The notes under the pieces: generated by a model | What the model saw: the letters and a program-made list of their open reading frames with translations, nothing else | Database searches by the model: none | What the model was told of the DNA's origin: nothing | Source: Gemmatimonadota bacterium | GTDB taxonomy: Bacteria > Latescibacterota > UBA2968 > UBA8231 | Assembly: GCA_038153405.1 (NCBI GenBank) | Contig: JAYOYH010000017.1 | Location: forward strand, 1 to 28,251 | Direction: 5' to 3' | Length of the DNA: 28,251 bases | Translations under genes and position numbers: made by a program | Shown here: positions 17,545-26,920 of the stretch, one piece after another | How the letters are laid out: the number at the start of each line of letters is the position of its first letter | Numbering within the stretch: the first letter of the stretch is position 1

Positions 17545-17573
17545 TTGACATCTCATTTTCGCCGCTCTATATT
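17545..17573 (+). promoter_or_regulatory. sigma70 promoter of the ilvC-leu operon
   Basis: TTGACA (17545-17550)-17 nt-TATATT (17568-17573), near consensus; implies a leader of about 310 nt. Confidence 0.75.
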
Positions 17574-17622
17574 TGCCCATCTATGTTCTTTTTAACTCTT
17601 TGACCTGCTTGAGCTTATTGAG

Positions 17623-17754
17623 ATGATTGAGCGCTGCCATCGCATCGATTTGCCCCCGCACCGACCCCGTGTCGCGCTGCGCGCGCCCGATGCGCGCATG
17701 CATCTCCATCTTTCCCCCATTGCACCCCTCCTTATTATTGGGCTGCTCAAGTAA
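17623..17754 (+). promoter_or_regulatory. Putative Leu/Ile-rich leader peptide ORF (43 aa, or 18 aa from ATG 17698)
   Basis: Ends MHLHLSPIAPLLIIGLLK* (6 Leu + 3 Ile in the last 18 codons); stop is immediately followed by an imperfect hairpin at 17755-17800; lies upstream of branched-chain amino acid genes. No clear SD. Confidence 0.45.
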
Positions 17755-17887
17755 GCTTCGCTCCTTCTTATTCTCGAACAAAAAAGAAAGATGACGAAGC
17801 CTTTGAAAGAGTTCATAGGCCGTCATATAGCTATGTCTAAAAAGCACTTACGACACGTTCACACTTTTTATAGGAGATGCACCTCCC

Positions 17888-18880
17888 ATGCAGATGTTCT
17901 ACGATAACGACGCCAACCTCGACCTGCTTTCGGACAAGACCGTAGCCGTGATTGGCTATGGCAGTCAGGGGCACGCCCATTCACTCAACCTCAAAGAGAG
18001 CGGCGTCAACGTCGTCGTGGGGCTGCGTGCGGGCAGCAGCAGCCGCGCCGCGGCCGAGAAAGAGGGGCTTAAGGTGCTCGATGTGGCCGAAGCGGCCAAG
18101 GCTGGCGATATCATCATGATTCTCATCAACGATGAAGTGCAGCGCGCCGTTTACGAGGCCGATATCAAGCCAAACCTGGAGGCGGGTAACGCACTGGCCT
18201 TCGCCCACGGCTTTAATATCCACTTTCAGCAGGTGGTGCCGCCGGCTGATGTCGATGTGTTCATGGTTGCCCCGAAGGGACCGGGCCATCTGGTTCGCCG
18301 CGTATACCAGCAGGGCGGCGGCGTGCCGGGCCTGTTGGCCGTTTACCAAGACGCAACGGGTCGCGCCCACGAGATCGGTCTGGCCTATGCCAAGGGCATT
18401 GGCTGCGGTCGCGCCGGCGTGATTGAAACGACGTTCCGAGAGGAAACGGAGACCGATCTCTTTGGTGAGCAGGTGGTGCTCTGCGGCGGTCTGACCGAGC
18501 TAATTCGCGCCGGGTTCGATACGCTGGTTGAGGCGGGGTATCAGCCCGAGGTGGCCTACTTTGAATGCCTGCATGAAGTGAAGCTCATCGTCGACCTGAT
18601 CTACGAGGGCGGCATCGCCAATATGCGCTCGTCGATCTCCGATACGGCCGAGTTTGGCGATCTGATGAGCGGTCGGCGCGTGATTACCGATGAGACGCGC
18701 ACCGAAATGAAGCGCATCCTCGCCGACATTCAGGAAGGGCGTTTCGCCAAGGAATGGCTGTCGGAAAACCAAGTGGGTCGACCGGTCTACAATGCGCGCA
18801 AGCGCCGCGACTCGGAGCATCTGATCGAGGATGTCGGCGCCAAACTGCGCGCGATGATGAGCTGGTTAGACAATAAGTAA
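17888..18880 (+). CDS. ilvC: Ketol-acid reductoisomerase (short form)
   Basis: [56 protein letters not shown]. Confidence 0.98.
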   Translation: MQMFYDNDANLDLLSDKTVAVIGYGSQGHAHSLNLKESGVNVVVGLRAGSSSRAAAEKEGLKVLDVAEAAKAGDIIMILINDEVQRAVYEADIKPNLEAGNALAFAHGFNIHFQQVVPPADVDVFMVAPKGPGHLVRRVYQQGGGVPGLLAVYQDATGRAHEIGLAYAKGIGCGRAGVIETTFREETETDLFGEQVVLCGGLTELIRAGFDTLVEAGYQPEVAYFECLHEVKLIVDLIYEGGIANMRSSISDTAEFGDLMSGRRVITDETRTEMKRILADIQEGRFAKEWLSENQVGRPVYNARKRRDSEHLIEDVGAKLRAMMSWLDNK

Positions 18881-18892
18881 GTGGCGATGGGC

Positions 18893-18924
18893 GAGTGGAG
18901 GTGTCTCGTTGAGCACCTCCACTC
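18893..18924 (+). other. Strong intergenic hairpin 3' of ilvC (no U-tract)
   Basis: Perfect 11-bp inverted repeat GAGTGGAGGTG/CACCTCCACTC, extendable by CTC/GAG. Confidence 0.7.
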
Positions 18925-18963
18925 CGATGCTGCTCGTGCGGAAAAGCGGAAAGGAGGAAGCAG

Positions 18964-19095
18964 ATGGAGTCTCGACTTAGTGGCCTGCAAGACTGCGGCA
19001 AACCCCGACTTAGACGGGTAGGCGGTTTCGCACGGGCCGGATGGGACCGCCTGCCATGCTCTTTTCAATCCGGTAGAAGCGAGAAAAATGCATGA
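18964..19095 (+). CDS. Putative 43-aa upstream ORF translationally coupled to leuA
   Basis: AAGGAGG SD (18951-18957), 6 nt before ATG. MESRLSGLQDCGKPRLRRVGGFARAGWDRLPCSFQSGRSEKNA*; its TGA overlaps the leuA ATG (ATGA). Confidence 0.5.
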   Translation: MESRLSGLQDCGKPRLRRVGGFARAGWDRLPCSFQSGRSEKNA

Positions 19096-20630
19096 GCGAT
19101 CCAACTAGAGTATACGTTTTTGACACGACTCTGCGCGATGCAGAACAGACGCCGGGCGCTTCGCTGACCGTAAAGGAAAAGCTGGAGATTGCCCACCAAC
19201 TGGCGCGCCTCAAAGTCGATGTAATTGAGGCGGGGTTTCCGCTCTCGTCCAACGAAGATTTTGAAGCGGTTCGGCGCATTGCACACGAAGTCGAAGGGCC
19301 GATGATCTGCGGGTTGGCGCGCGCGCTGCCCAAGGATGTCAGTCGCGCAGGTGAGGCGTTAAAGGATGCTCCCAATCCGCGCATTCACACGTTTATCGGC
19401 ACGTCGGAGATTCACATGCAGGGTCAGATGCGCAAGGGGCGCGACGACGTGTTGAAGATGGCCGTTGCCGCCGTCGAACTGGCCAAGAGCTTTTGCGACA
19501 GCGTCGAGTTTTCGCCAATGGATGCCGCGCGCACCGAACCCGACTTCCTGCACGAAGTCATTGAGGCGACCATTGCTGCGGGGGCGACGACGATCAACAT
19601 TCCCGACACGGTCGGCTACGCCGTGCCCGAGCAGTTTGGTGCGCTGATCGCCGGTATTCTCGCCAAAGTGCCCAACAGCGAAGAGGCCATTATCAGCGTG
19701 CATTGCCACGACGATTTGGGCATGGCGGTAATCAATACGCTATCGGCCCTAAAAAACGGTGCGCGCCAGGCCGAATGCACGCTCAATGGACTAGGCGAAC
19801 GGGCCGGCAACGCCTCGCTCGAAGAGGTCGTGATGGCCCTGCGCACGCGCCGCGACTATTTCGGCCTGGATACGCAGGTCGATGCGCGTGAGATCATCGC
19901 CACTAGTCGACTAGTGAGCCGCCTGATGGGCATTGCCGTGCCGCCCAACAAGGCCATCGTCGGCGCCAATGCCTTTGCCCACAGCTCGGGCATACACCAG
20001 GACGGGGTGCTTAAAGCGCGCAACACCTTCGAGATTATGGAGCCGAAAGACGTCGGTCTGGAGGATACGGAAATCGTGCTGACGGCGCGCTCTGGTCGCC
20101 ACGCCCTGCGCCACCGCATTGAGGAACTCGGCTATAGCCTGTCTGCCGAGGAATTGGAGAGCGCCTACGAGCGCTTTTTGGAGTTGGCCGACAAAAAGAA
20201 GGAAATCTTCGACGAAGACCTGATCGAGATTATCGGCGGCCAGCAGCGCGAAGAAGCAGCCCACTACAAACTGGAGTATCTTCACACCGTTAGCGGTACG
20301 GGCACCGTCCCTTCGGCGACGGTGCGCCTGTCCATCGGCGATGAGATCGTGCAGGAATCGGCCTGGGGCGACGGGCCGGTCGATGCCACCTATGCCGCCA
20401 TTCGCATGGCGACGCGCACCGACGTGCTGCTGGAGGACTTTGCCATTCGCGCCGTTACCTCGGGCTCGCAGGCGCTGGGCGAAGTGACGGTGCACCTGTC
20501 TGAAAACGGGCGCAGCGCGCGCGGCCGCGGCGTGTCCACGGACGTGGTGGAGGCCAGCGCCGAAGCCTACGTTGCCGCGCTTAATCGCCTGGCTGAACTG
20601 GTCGAAAAAGACGCACATCCGACGGTTTAA
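19092..20630 (+). CDS. leuA: 2-isopropylmalate synthase
   Basis: FDTTLRDAEQTPG, IEAGFP, INIPDTVG, SVHCHDDLG, GLGERAGN, AFAHSSGIHQDG, regulatory domain GDGPVDA. Confidence 0.96.
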   Translation: MSDPTRVYVFDTTLRDAEQTPGASLTVKEKLEIAHQLARLKVDVIEAGFPLSSNEDFEAVRRIAHEVEGPMICGLARALPKDVSRAGEALKDAPNPRIHTFIGTSEIHMQGQMRKGRDDVLKMAVAAVELAKSFCDSVEFSPMDAARTEPDFLHEVIEATIAAGATTINIPDTVGYAVPEQFGALIAGILAKVPNSEEAIISVHCHDDLGMAVINTLSALKNGARQAECTLNGLGERAGNASLEEVVMALRTRRDYFGLDTQVDAREIIATSRLVSRLMGIAVPPNKAIVGANAFAHSSGIHQDGVLKARNTFEIMEPKDVGLEDTEIVLTARSGRHALRHRIEELGYSLSAEELESAYERFLELADKKKEIFDEDLIEIIGGQQREEAAHYKLEYLHTVSGTGTVPSATVRLSIGDEIVQESAWGDGPVDATYAAIRMATRTDVLLEDFAIRAVTSGSQALGEVTVHLSENGRSARGRGVSTDVVEASAEAYVAALNRLAELVEKDAHPTV

Positions 20631-20705
20631 CCGCCGGAGTGTTGGCGTTGATACTGTTTTAATGAATGCGGCCGCCCGTGCGCGGTCGATTGGGAAAGGT
20701 AGACA

Positions 20706-22109
20706 ATGGGCAAGACGTTGTTGCACAAGACGTGGGAGGCGCATTCAGTGCGTCAATTACCCTCTGGACAGACTCAGCTATTCATTGGCCTGCACTTGGT
20801 CCACGAAGTGACCAGTCCGCAGGCTTTTCAGATGTTGCGCGAGCGCGGAGCGAAGGTGCGCTTTCCCGAGCGCACCTTTGCCACGGTCGATCACATCGTG
20901 CCAACGGACGTGACGGATCGGCCCTTTATCGACGCGCTGGCCGAGGAAATGATGTCGGCCATCGAGCAAAATGCCAAAGATTTTGAAATTCCGCTGTTTG
21001 ACATAAACGATCGCCGGCAGGGTATCGTGCACGTCATAGGACCGGAGTTGGGGCTTACGCAGCCGGGTATGACTATTGCCTGTGGTGACAGCCATACTTC
21101 GACGCACGGCGCTTTTGGCGCCATTGCCTTTGGCATCGGCACCAGTCAGGTGCGCGATGTGCTCGCGACGCAGTGTCTGGCGATGGACCCGCTCAAGGTG
21201 CGGCGCATCAACGTATCGGGCGCGCTGAGCGAAGGCGTGTATGCCAAGGACGTCATTCTGCACATTATCGGTCGACTCGGCGTCAATGGCGGCGTGGGCT
21301 ACGGCTATGAGTATGGCGGCGACGTCATCGATGCGATGAGCATGGAAGAGCGCATGACCGTGTGCAATATGTCGATTGAGGGCGGCGCCCGCGTTGGCTA
21401 TGTGAATCCCGACGCGACGACCTTTGACTATTTGCGCGGGCGCCCACACGCGCCGGCTGAAGGCGATTTTGATCGGGCCATTGCCTGGTGGCAGGGCATG
21501 GCCTCCGACGCCGATGCCTCGTACGACGACGTCGTCGATATGCAGGGCGCCGACATCGGGCCGACCATAACCTGGGGCATCACGCCCGGGCAGTCCGTTT
21601 CTATCGATGGCAAGATCCCTCAACTGGGCGCGCTTGAAGGCGATGAGCGCAAGAGCGTGCAGGAAGCGCTGGACTACATGGGGTTCGCCGAAGGACAGCC
21701 CATTGCCGGCACGCCCGTCGATGTGACCTTTGTCGGCTCGTGCACCAACGGTCGTCTTTCCGACCTGCGCGAGGCGGCCAAAGTGGCCAAGGGGCGCAAG
21801 GTGGCCAAGGGCGTCAAGGCGCTAGTGGTGCCCGGTTCGCAGCAGGTGCGCGCGGCCGCTGAGGCCGAGGGCTTGCACGAGATCTTTCAGGAGGCGGGCT
21901 TCGAGTGGCGCGGTGCGGGCTGTTCGATGTGTTTGGCGATGAACCCCGACAAGCTGCAGGGCAATCAGCGCTGTGCCTCGTCTAGTAACCGCAACTTTAA
22001 AGGGCGCCAGGGCAGTCCGACGGGTCGCACGATGTTGATGAGCCCGGCGATGGTAGCCGCCGCGGCCGTAAGCGGCGAAGTGACCGACGTCCGCGCGCTA
22101 TTGAACTGA
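20706..22109 (+). CDS. leuC: 3-isopropylmalate dehydratase large subunit
   Basis: [52 protein letters not shown]. Confidence 0.98.
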   Translation: MGKTLLHKTWEAHSVRQLPSGQTQLFIGLHLVHEVTSPQAFQMLRERGAKVRFPERTFATVDHIVPTDVTDRPFIDALAEEMMSAIEQNAKDFEIPLFDINDRRQGIVHVIGPELGLTQPGMTIACGDSHTSTHGAFGAIAFGIGTSQVRDVLATQCLAMDPLKVRRINVSGALSEGVYAKDVILHIIGRLGVNGGVGYGYEYGGDVIDAMSMEERMTVCNMSIEGGARVGYVNPDATTFDYLRGRPHAPAEGDFDRAIAWWQGMASDADASYDDVVDMQGADIGPTITWGITPGQSVSIDGKIPQLGALEGDERKSVQEALDYMGFAEGQPIAGTPVDVTFVGSCTNGRLSDLREAAKVAKGRKVAKGVKALVVPGSQQVRAAAEAEGLHEIFQEAGFEWRGAGCSMCLAMNPDKLQGNQRCASSSNRNFKGRQGSPTGRTMLMSPAMVAAAAVSGEVTDVRALLN

Positions 22110-22118
22110 GGGGGCAAT

Positions 22119-22718
22119 ATGGAAAACTCGAGTGTGAGAAAGCAAGTGCAGGGGAGCGGCGTGCCGGTGCGCGGCGCCGATATCGATACCGACCGCATTA
22201 TTCCCGCGCGCTATTTGCGCACCGTGACCTTCGAAAATTTGGGCGAACACGCCTTTGAGGACGACCGCGCCGGCGGCGGCCATCCGTTTGACGAGCCGAG
22301 CTATCAGGGTGCTGGCGTGCTGGTGGCCAACGCCAACTTCGGCTGCGGTTCGTCGCGAGAGCACGCGCCGCAGGCGCTGATGCGCTGGGGCATCAAGGCC
22401 TTTATCGCCGAGTCTTTCGCCGAGATTTTTTTCGGCAACTGCACGACGCTGGGCTTGCCCTGCGCGACGGCCACAGTGGCTGATGTGCAGGCGCTGCAGG
22501 CGGCGATAGAAGCCAATCCGCGTCAGGAAATCGTCGTCGACGTCGAGGCGCGGACCGTGCGCTTTGACGGCGGTGAGATCGCCGTTTCCATACCGAGCGG
22601 CGTCCGCGAGCAGCTAGTCAGCGGCAATTGGGACTCGCTGGGCCAGTTGCTCGACGCCGAAGAGGAAGTCAAGGCACTGGCGGCCAAGCTGCCCTACGCG
22701 AAGTCCTTCGTCGCCTAG
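22119..22718 (+). CDS. leuD: 3-isopropylmalate dehydratase small subunit
   Basis: DIDTDRIIPARYL, NFGCGSSREHAP, SFAEIFFGN. Confidence 0.98.
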   Translation: MENSSVRKQVQGSGVPVRGADIDTDRIIPARYLRTVTFENLGEHAFEDDRAGGGHPFDEPSYQGAGVLVANANFGCGSSREHAPQALMRWGIKAFIAESFAEIFFGNCTTLGLPCATATVADVQALQAAIEANPRQEIVVDVEARTVRFDGGEIAVSIPSGVREQLVSGNWDSLGQLLDAEEEVKALAAKLPYAKSFVA

Positions 22719-22720
22719 CG

Positions 22721-22771
22721 CCAGATAGAGTAGTGACGGTGGGGCGGAGCTTCACCCCATCGGCTATCTGG
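22721..22771 (+). other. Long intergenic hairpin between leuD and cimA (no U-tract)
   Basis: Outer stem CCAGATAG/CTATCTGG enclosing inner stem CGGTGGGG/CCCCATCG. Confidence 0.6.
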
Positions 22772-22802
22772 AACGCGTATCGCATTATCGAGGAGCCGCC
22801 GT

Positions 22803-24404
22803 ATGTCCGAGCACATAGAAGTCTACGATTCCACGCTGCGCGATGGGGCCCAGGCCGAAGGCATCTCCTACTCGCTAGAGGATAAGTTGCTCATAGCGCG
22901 CCGGCTCGACCAGCTGGGCGTTCACTACATAGAGGGCGGCTGGCCCAACCCGACCAATCCCAAAGATCTCGCCTTTTTTGAACAGGTTAAAAAGCTTGGC
23001 CTAAAAGCCAAGGTGACGGCCTTTGGCAGCACGCGCCGCGCCACCAATGCGCCAGAAGAGGATGCCACGCTCAATACGCTGCTCAAAGCCGAAACGCAGA
23101 GTATTGCGCTCTTCGGCAAAAGCTGGACGCTGCACGCGCTGGAGGTGCTGCGCACATCCCTTGACGAAAACGTCCAGCTCATTGAGGATTCGGTCGCCTA
23201 CATTGCGTCAAACGGCCGCGAGGTCGTCTACGACGCCGAGCATTTCTTCGACGGCTATAAGGCCGATCGCGACTATGCCCTAGAGACGCTCAGCGCCGCC
23301 GAGCGCGGCGGTGCTCGCATTCTCGTGCTATGCGACACCAACGGCGGTACGCTGCCCGGCGAGATGGCTCGGATCATAGAAGATGTGACGGGTCACATCG
23401 GCATCGACTTTGGCATCCACGCGCATAACGATGCAGGCGTAGGCGTGGCCAACAGTCTCATTGCTGTCGAACTGGGTGCCGTGCAGGTGCAGGGGACGTT
23501 CAACGGCTATGGAGAGCGCTGCGGCAACGCCAACCTGTGCTCGATTATTCCCAACCTCGACCTCAAGATGGGGCGGACCAGTATCGGCCGCGAAAAGGTG
23601 CAGGAGCTGATGGAATTCTCCCTCTTCCTAAGCGAGGTTGCCAACGTCTATCACGACCATCGACAGCCCTTTGTCGGCGAGAGCGCATTTGCTCACAAGG
23701 GTGGAGCACACATTGACGGCGTCATGAAAGTGGCTCACAGCTTCGAGCACATCGACCCAGAATGGGTGGGTAACGAGCGGCGCTTTCTCGTTTCCGATCA
23801 GTCGGGCGGAGCGACGATCGTCAGCAAGCTAAAGCGCTTCTTGCCCGACATCGACAAGCGCGATCCGCTGGTGGGCAAAGTGCTCGAAAAGGTTAAAGTG
23901 CTCGAGCACGAGGGGTATCAGTTTGAGGCGGCAGAGGGTTCGTTCGAACTGCTAGCGCGCCGCGAGCAGGGCCTCTATAGCGATCTGTTTGCGCTGGTCA
24001 ACTTCCGCACGATAAACCGCAAAACCGTCGGTGAGTTGGAAGATGCCGAAGCGATTGTCAAGGTGTCGGTCGATGGCAATATATACCATACCGTGGCCAG
24101 CGGCGACGGCCCGGTCAACGCGCTCGACAGGGCACTGCGCAAGGCATTAGAGGACGAGTTTCCCAGCGTGCGCCAAGTGCATTTGGAGGACTATAAGGTG
24201 CGCGTGCTGTCTAGCGGCGACGGCACGGCGGCCAAGGTGCGCGTGCTGATTGAATCATCGGATGGAAGCGACAGTTGGGGGACGGTGGGCGTTTCTGAAA
24301 ACGTCATTGATGCGAGCTGGCTGGCCCTAGCCGACAGCTTGCACTACAAGCTGATGAAAGATGCGCTGGCCGCCGGGGCCGTTGGCGAGTCTGCGACGAG
24401 TTAA
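22803..24404 (+). CDS. cimA: Citramalate synthase (bacterial CimA type)
   Basis: YDSTLRDGAQAEG, IEGGWP, AFGSTRR, YDAEHFFDG, LCDTNGG, AFAHKGG, GYQFEAAEGSFELL: CimA-subfamily motifs distinct from LeuA; GAGGAG SD. Confidence 0.9.
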   Translation: MSEHIEVYDSTLRDGAQAEGISYSLEDKLLIARRLDQLGVHYIEGGWPNPTNPKDLAFFEQVKKLGLKAKVTAFGSTRRATNAPEEDATLNTLLKAETQSIALFGKSWTLHALEVLRTSLDENVQLIEDSVAYIASNGREVVYDAEHFFDGYKADRDYALETLSAAERGGARILVLCDTNGGTLPGEMARIIEDVTGHIGIDFGIHAHNDAGVGVANSLIAVELGAVQVQGTFNGYGERCGNANLCSIIPNLDLKMGRTSIGREKVQELMEFSLFLSEVANVYHDHRQPFVGESAFAHKGGAHIDGVMKVAHSFEHIDPEWVGNERRFLVSDQSGGATIVSKLKRFLPDIDKRDPLVGKVLEKVKVLEHEGYQFEAAEGSFELLARREQGLYSDLFALVNFRTINRKTVGELEDAEAIVKVSVDGNIYHTVASGDGPVNALDRALRKALEDEFPSVRQVHLEDYKVRVLSSGDGTAAKVRVLIESSDGSDSWGTVGVSENVIDASWLALADSLHYKLMKDALAAGAVGESATS

Positions 24405-24427
24405 ACGCTTTTGAAGGAGAGAGGGAC

Positions 24428-25636
24428 GTGGATGCAATTTCAGGTGGAAACGCGTGTGCGCCGCTTGGCTTCCGCGCCGCGGGTGCGCACGGCGGTATTA
24501 AAGCTGGATCGACTAAGCTCGACGTAGCGCTGGTCGTGTCGGATCGGCCCGCTAGCGCGGCTGCCGTATATACGACGAATCAGGTACAAGCTGCACCGCT
24601 GCATGTGTGCCGAGAGTATTTGCGGGATGGCAGCGCCCGCGCCGTGGTCCTCAACTCGGGCAATGCCAACGCCTGCACTGGCCAACAGGGACTGAACGCC
24701 GCGCGTGCGATGAGCGCGCTTGTAGCCGAGGGATTGGGCATCGATAGCCAAGACGTGCTGGTATGCTCCACTGGAGTAATTGGCGTGCAGCTACCAATGG
24801 ACGCGGTGGCAAGGGGCATTACCGGCGCGCTAGCCGCCCTGTCGGAAAGCGGCGGCGACGACGCGGCCGTGGCCATCATGACGACTGACACTGTCCCCAA
24901 GACCTGCGCCGTATCGCTGGAGTTGGAGGGGCAGAAGGTGCGCATCGGCGGCATGGCCAAGGGTTCGGGTATGATTGCACCGAATATGGCGACGATGCTG
25001 GGTGTCGTCACTACAGATGCTAACGTGCCGCCCGCCCTGCTGCGCGAACTGCTGGCGCTGGCGGTTAAGCGTTCCTTTAACTGCATTACCGTCGACGGCG
25101 ATATGAGCACGAACGACACGGTGGTCGCCCTGGCCAACGGCGCGGCGGGCGGGGCCGAGTTGCAGCCCGATACGCCGGCGGCAGCAGCCTTTGCCGCGGC
25201 GTTGGAATCGGTTTGCCGCGAGTTGGCGCGCAAGATTGCCCGCGATGGCGAAGGGGCGACCAAACTCGTCTCCATTGCAGTGCAGGGCGCGCGCAGCGAG
25301 GACGAAGCGCGTAGGGTGGGGCTGAGCGTGGCCAATTCAAACCTGGTAAAGACGGCTATTTTTGGACGCGATCCCAACTGGGGTCGCATTCTCTGTGCCA
25401 TGGGCTATGCTGGCGTTCGGATGGATCCGCAGAAAGTCGAAGTCGCCCTGTGTGATACGCCGATTTACGGCGGTGGCTCGGGTCTGCCCTTTAATCACAA
25501 GGCGCTGGTAGAGGCGATGAGCGCAGCGGATATTCCCATCGTCATCCACTTGGCATCGGGCGATGAGCGCGCGGAAGTTTTTACCTGTGATCTGAGCTAC
25601 GACTACGTGCGCATCAACGCCGAATACACAACCTGA
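24428..25636 (+). CDS. argJ: Glutamate N-acetyltransferase / ornithine acetyltransferase
   Basis: NSGNANACTG, CSTGVIG, AIMTTDT, KGSGMIAPNMATML, VDGDMSTNDT, RDGEGATK, DPNWGRI, YVRINAEYTT; AAGGAG SD. Confidence 0.98.
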   Translation: MDAISGGNACAPLGFRAAGAHGGIKAGSTKLDVALVVSDRPASAAAVYTTNQVQAAPLHVCREYLRDGSARAVVLNSGNANACTGQQGLNAARAMSALVAEGLGIDSQDVLVCSTGVIGVQLPMDAVARGITGALAALSESGGDDAAVAIMTTDTVPKTCAVSLELEGQKVRIGGMAKGSGMIAPNMATMLGVVTTDANVPPALLRELLALAVKRSFNCITVDGDMSTNDTVVALANGAAGGAELQPDTPAAAAFAAALESVCRELARKIARDGEGATKLVSIAVQGARSEDEARRVGLSVANSNLVKTAIFGRDPNWGRILCAMGYAGVRMDPQKVEVALCDTPIYGGGSGLPFNHKALVEAMSAADIPIVIHLASGDERAEVFTCDLSYDYVRINAEYTT

Positions 25637-25646
25637 GGAGAGCCCT

Positions 25647-26843
25647 ATGCCGCTTTCTCGAAACGTTCAGCGCGTACAGCCATCGGTCACCATGCAAATA
25701 TCGGCGCGCGCCGCCGCGCTCAAGCGCGAAGGCGTGGATGTCGTCGCGCTCTCAGCAGGCGAACCGGACTTTGATACGCCAAACAATATCAAAGATGTGG
25801 CGATCCGCGCTATACAGGACGGTTTTACTAAGTATACGACGCCTAGTTCGGGGATCATCGAATTAAGAGAGGCGATCCGCGCCAAATTTAAACGCGACAA
25901 TGGGCTCGACTACGCCGTTGATGCGATCACGGTGAACAACGGCGCCAAGCATTCGCTCTTTTTGGCCGTCGCTGCGCTGCTCAATCCCGGTGATGAGGTC
26001 ATTATTCCCACGCCCTATTGGGTGACCTACAGCGAACAGCCGCGCCTAGTGGGAGCGCAGCCCGTAATCGTCGAAACCAAGCAGGAAAACGGCCTGAAGC
26101 TGACGGCAGAAGAGTTTCGCGCGGCGATCACGCCCCAGACGCGCATGCTCTTTCTCTGCACGCCGTCCAATCCAAGCGGAGCGGTGTATGCGCGCGAGGA
26201 GTTACAGGCGCTGGCCGACGTCGCCGTCGAACACGGCATCTACGTGCTGAGTGATGAAATTTACGAAAAGCTGATCTACGACGGCGCCCAACATCATTCG
26301 ATTGCCGCGCTGAACGACGAGATTAAAGATCTTACGATCGTGGTAAACGGCGTTTCCAAAGCCTATGCCATGACGGGGTGGCGCATAGGCTATGCGGCTG
26401 GCCATCCAGAGGTCATCAGCGGCATGAACAAAGTGCAGATGCAGGAGGTGTCTCACCCCAGTTCGATATCGCAAAAGGCGGCTGTCGAAGCGCTCAATGG
26501 GCCCCAGGAGTCGATCGAGGAAATGCGCGTGGCCTTTGACGCGCGTCGACGCTACATGGTCGATCGCCTCAACGCCATAGAGGGCGTGCAGTGCGCGCTG
26601 CCGCAGGGCGCATTTTACGCCTACCCGGACGTGAGCGCCTTTTATGGACGGCGCGCGGGTGAGCGCTCCGTTGGCGATTCGGTCGCCCTCTGTGAATATC
26701 TCTTGGAAGAAGGCAAGGTGGCCTGCGTGCCCGGTGCCGGTTTTGGCACGCACGAGCATATCCGCCTGTCTTATGCCACGTCCATGGAACTCATAGAGAA
26801 GGCCATGAATCGCGTAGAAAATGCGCTAAATAAACTGAGTTAG
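25647..26843 (+). CDS. aspC: Class I/II PLP aminotransferase (aspartate aminotransferase-like)
   Basis: GEPDFDTP, LLNPGDEVIIPTPYW, PSNPSG, SDEIYE, NGVSKAYAMTGWRIGY, IRLSYA. Substrate specificity is inferred. Confidence 0.85.
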   Translation: MPLSRNVQRVQPSVTMQISARAAALKREGVDVVALSAGEPDFDTPNNIKDVAIRAIQDGFTKYTTPSSGIIELREAIRAKFKRDNGLDYAVDAITVNNGAKHSLFLAVAALLNPGDEVIIPTPYWVTYSEQPRLVGAQPVIVETKQENGLKLTAEEFRAAITPQTRMLFLCTPSNPSGAVYAREELQALADVAVEHGIYVLSDEIYEKLIYDGAQHHSIAALNDEIKDLTIVVNGVSKAYAMTGWRIGYAAGHPEVISGMNKVQMQEVSHPSSISQKAAVEALNGPQESIEEMRVAFDARRRYMVDRLNAIEGVQCALPQGAFYAYPDVSAFYGRRAGERSVGDSVALCEYLLEEGKVACVPGAGFGTHEHIRLSYATSMELIEKAMNRVENALNKLS

Positions 26844-26920
26844 TAGAACAAATGCGCCCATCGGGTGTCTGTATACTGCGGTGATAGTCATATGTGAAAT
26901 ACCCGGCGAAAGGGTTTGAC

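Noticed and set aside
17581..17847. Minus-strand 74-88 aa ORFs in the ilvC leader, one internal ATG preceded by AAGGAGG
   Set aside because: Products are not protein-like and oppose a near-consensus plus-strand promoter; the motif is equally explained as plus-strand Leu codons or anti-SD. Not fully excluded.
17574..19091. T-box riboswitch in the ilvC leader or ilvC-leuA spacer
   Set aside because: No GGTGGNACC T-box motif found in either non-coding stretch.
22803..24404. Second copy of leuA
   Set aside because: Motifs (IEGGWP, DAEHFFDG, LCDTNGG) fit citramalate synthase.
26849..26877. Internal accA promoter (TATACT at 26872-26877)
   Set aside because: No recognisable -35 or extended -10; too weak to call.
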